Shown one piece after another: positions 63,541 to 64,000 of a DNA stretch of 64,000 nucleotides. A program made the translations under genes and the position numbers. Source of the DNA: Tubiluchus corallicola (Eukaryota; Animalia; Priapulida); the NCBI GenBank assembly GCA_030141605.1, contig JAQGDQ010001036.1:4498-68497 (forward strand). The letters are read 5' to 3'. Position 1 is the first letter of the stretch, and every line of letters begins with the position of its first letter. The notes beneath the pieces were generated by a model. That model was not told the origin of the DNA and searched no databases. It saw only the letters and a program-made list of their open reading frames with translations.

Positions 63541-64000
63541 CCCACTAAACCTCATTTCATCCACTAAACAATCTCACTCAACCTCATTTCATCTCACTAA
63601 ACAACCACCAACCTCATTTCATCTCACTAAACAATCTCACTAACCTCACTTCATCTCACTAAACAATCTCACTCAATCCCATTTCATCTCACTAAACAAC
63701 ACCAACCCACATCTCACTCAACCTCATTTCATCTCACTAAACAATCTCACTCAACCTCATCTCATCTCACTAAACAATCTCACTCAACCTCATCTCATCT
63801 CACTAAACAATCTCACTCAACCTCATCTCATCTCACTAAACAATCTCACTCAATCTCATCTCATCTCACTAAACAATCTCACTCAACCTCATCTCATCTC
63901 ACTAAACAATCTCACTTAACCTCATCTCATCTCACTAAACAATCTCACTCAACCTCATTTCATCTCAATAAACAATCTCATTGAATCTTATCTCAGCTCA
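63541..64000. repeat. Same 33-bp minisatellite in inverted orientation, running off the window
   Basis: cactaaacaatctcactcaacctcatttcatct units; 63961-64000 is the reverse complement of ~60860-60899. Confidence 0.92.

Overview
AT-rich, intron-rich animal (invertebrate-like) genomic DNA; not prokaryotic. Most of the window is one giant near-perfect inverted repeat: 1..28562 is the reverse complement of 30946..59503 (the left arm runs off the window), around a unique 2383-bp spacer (28563..30945). Each arm carries a head-to-head pair of G6PD (pointing outward) and an N-acetylglucosamine-6-sulfatase gene (GNS-like, pointing inward). The right G6PD is complete (12 coding exons, 42645..62708, 507 aa); the left copy shows exons 1-10 before the window edge. 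Both GNS copies are cut off at the centre. Exons 1-4 are in both arms, exon 5 exists once in the spacer in the orientation of the right copy, and I found no later exons. This places the fold-back junction at a (TAG)n microsatellite near 28563. The geometry predicts a long GNS hairpin RNA, an invertible spacer and frame-compatible GNS-G6PD read-through splicing. An assembly or amplification fold-back artefact cannot be excluded from sequence alone. Introns contain MITEs (hAT-, piggyBac-, Kolobok- and Tc1-like), 5S-headed SINE-like elements, LINE 3' ends, a solo LTR, and 41-bp and 33-bp satellites; inverted 33-bp arrays bracket the last G6PD exon. All coordinates were read by eye, and transposon family names rest on termini and target-site duplications (TSDs), not database searches.
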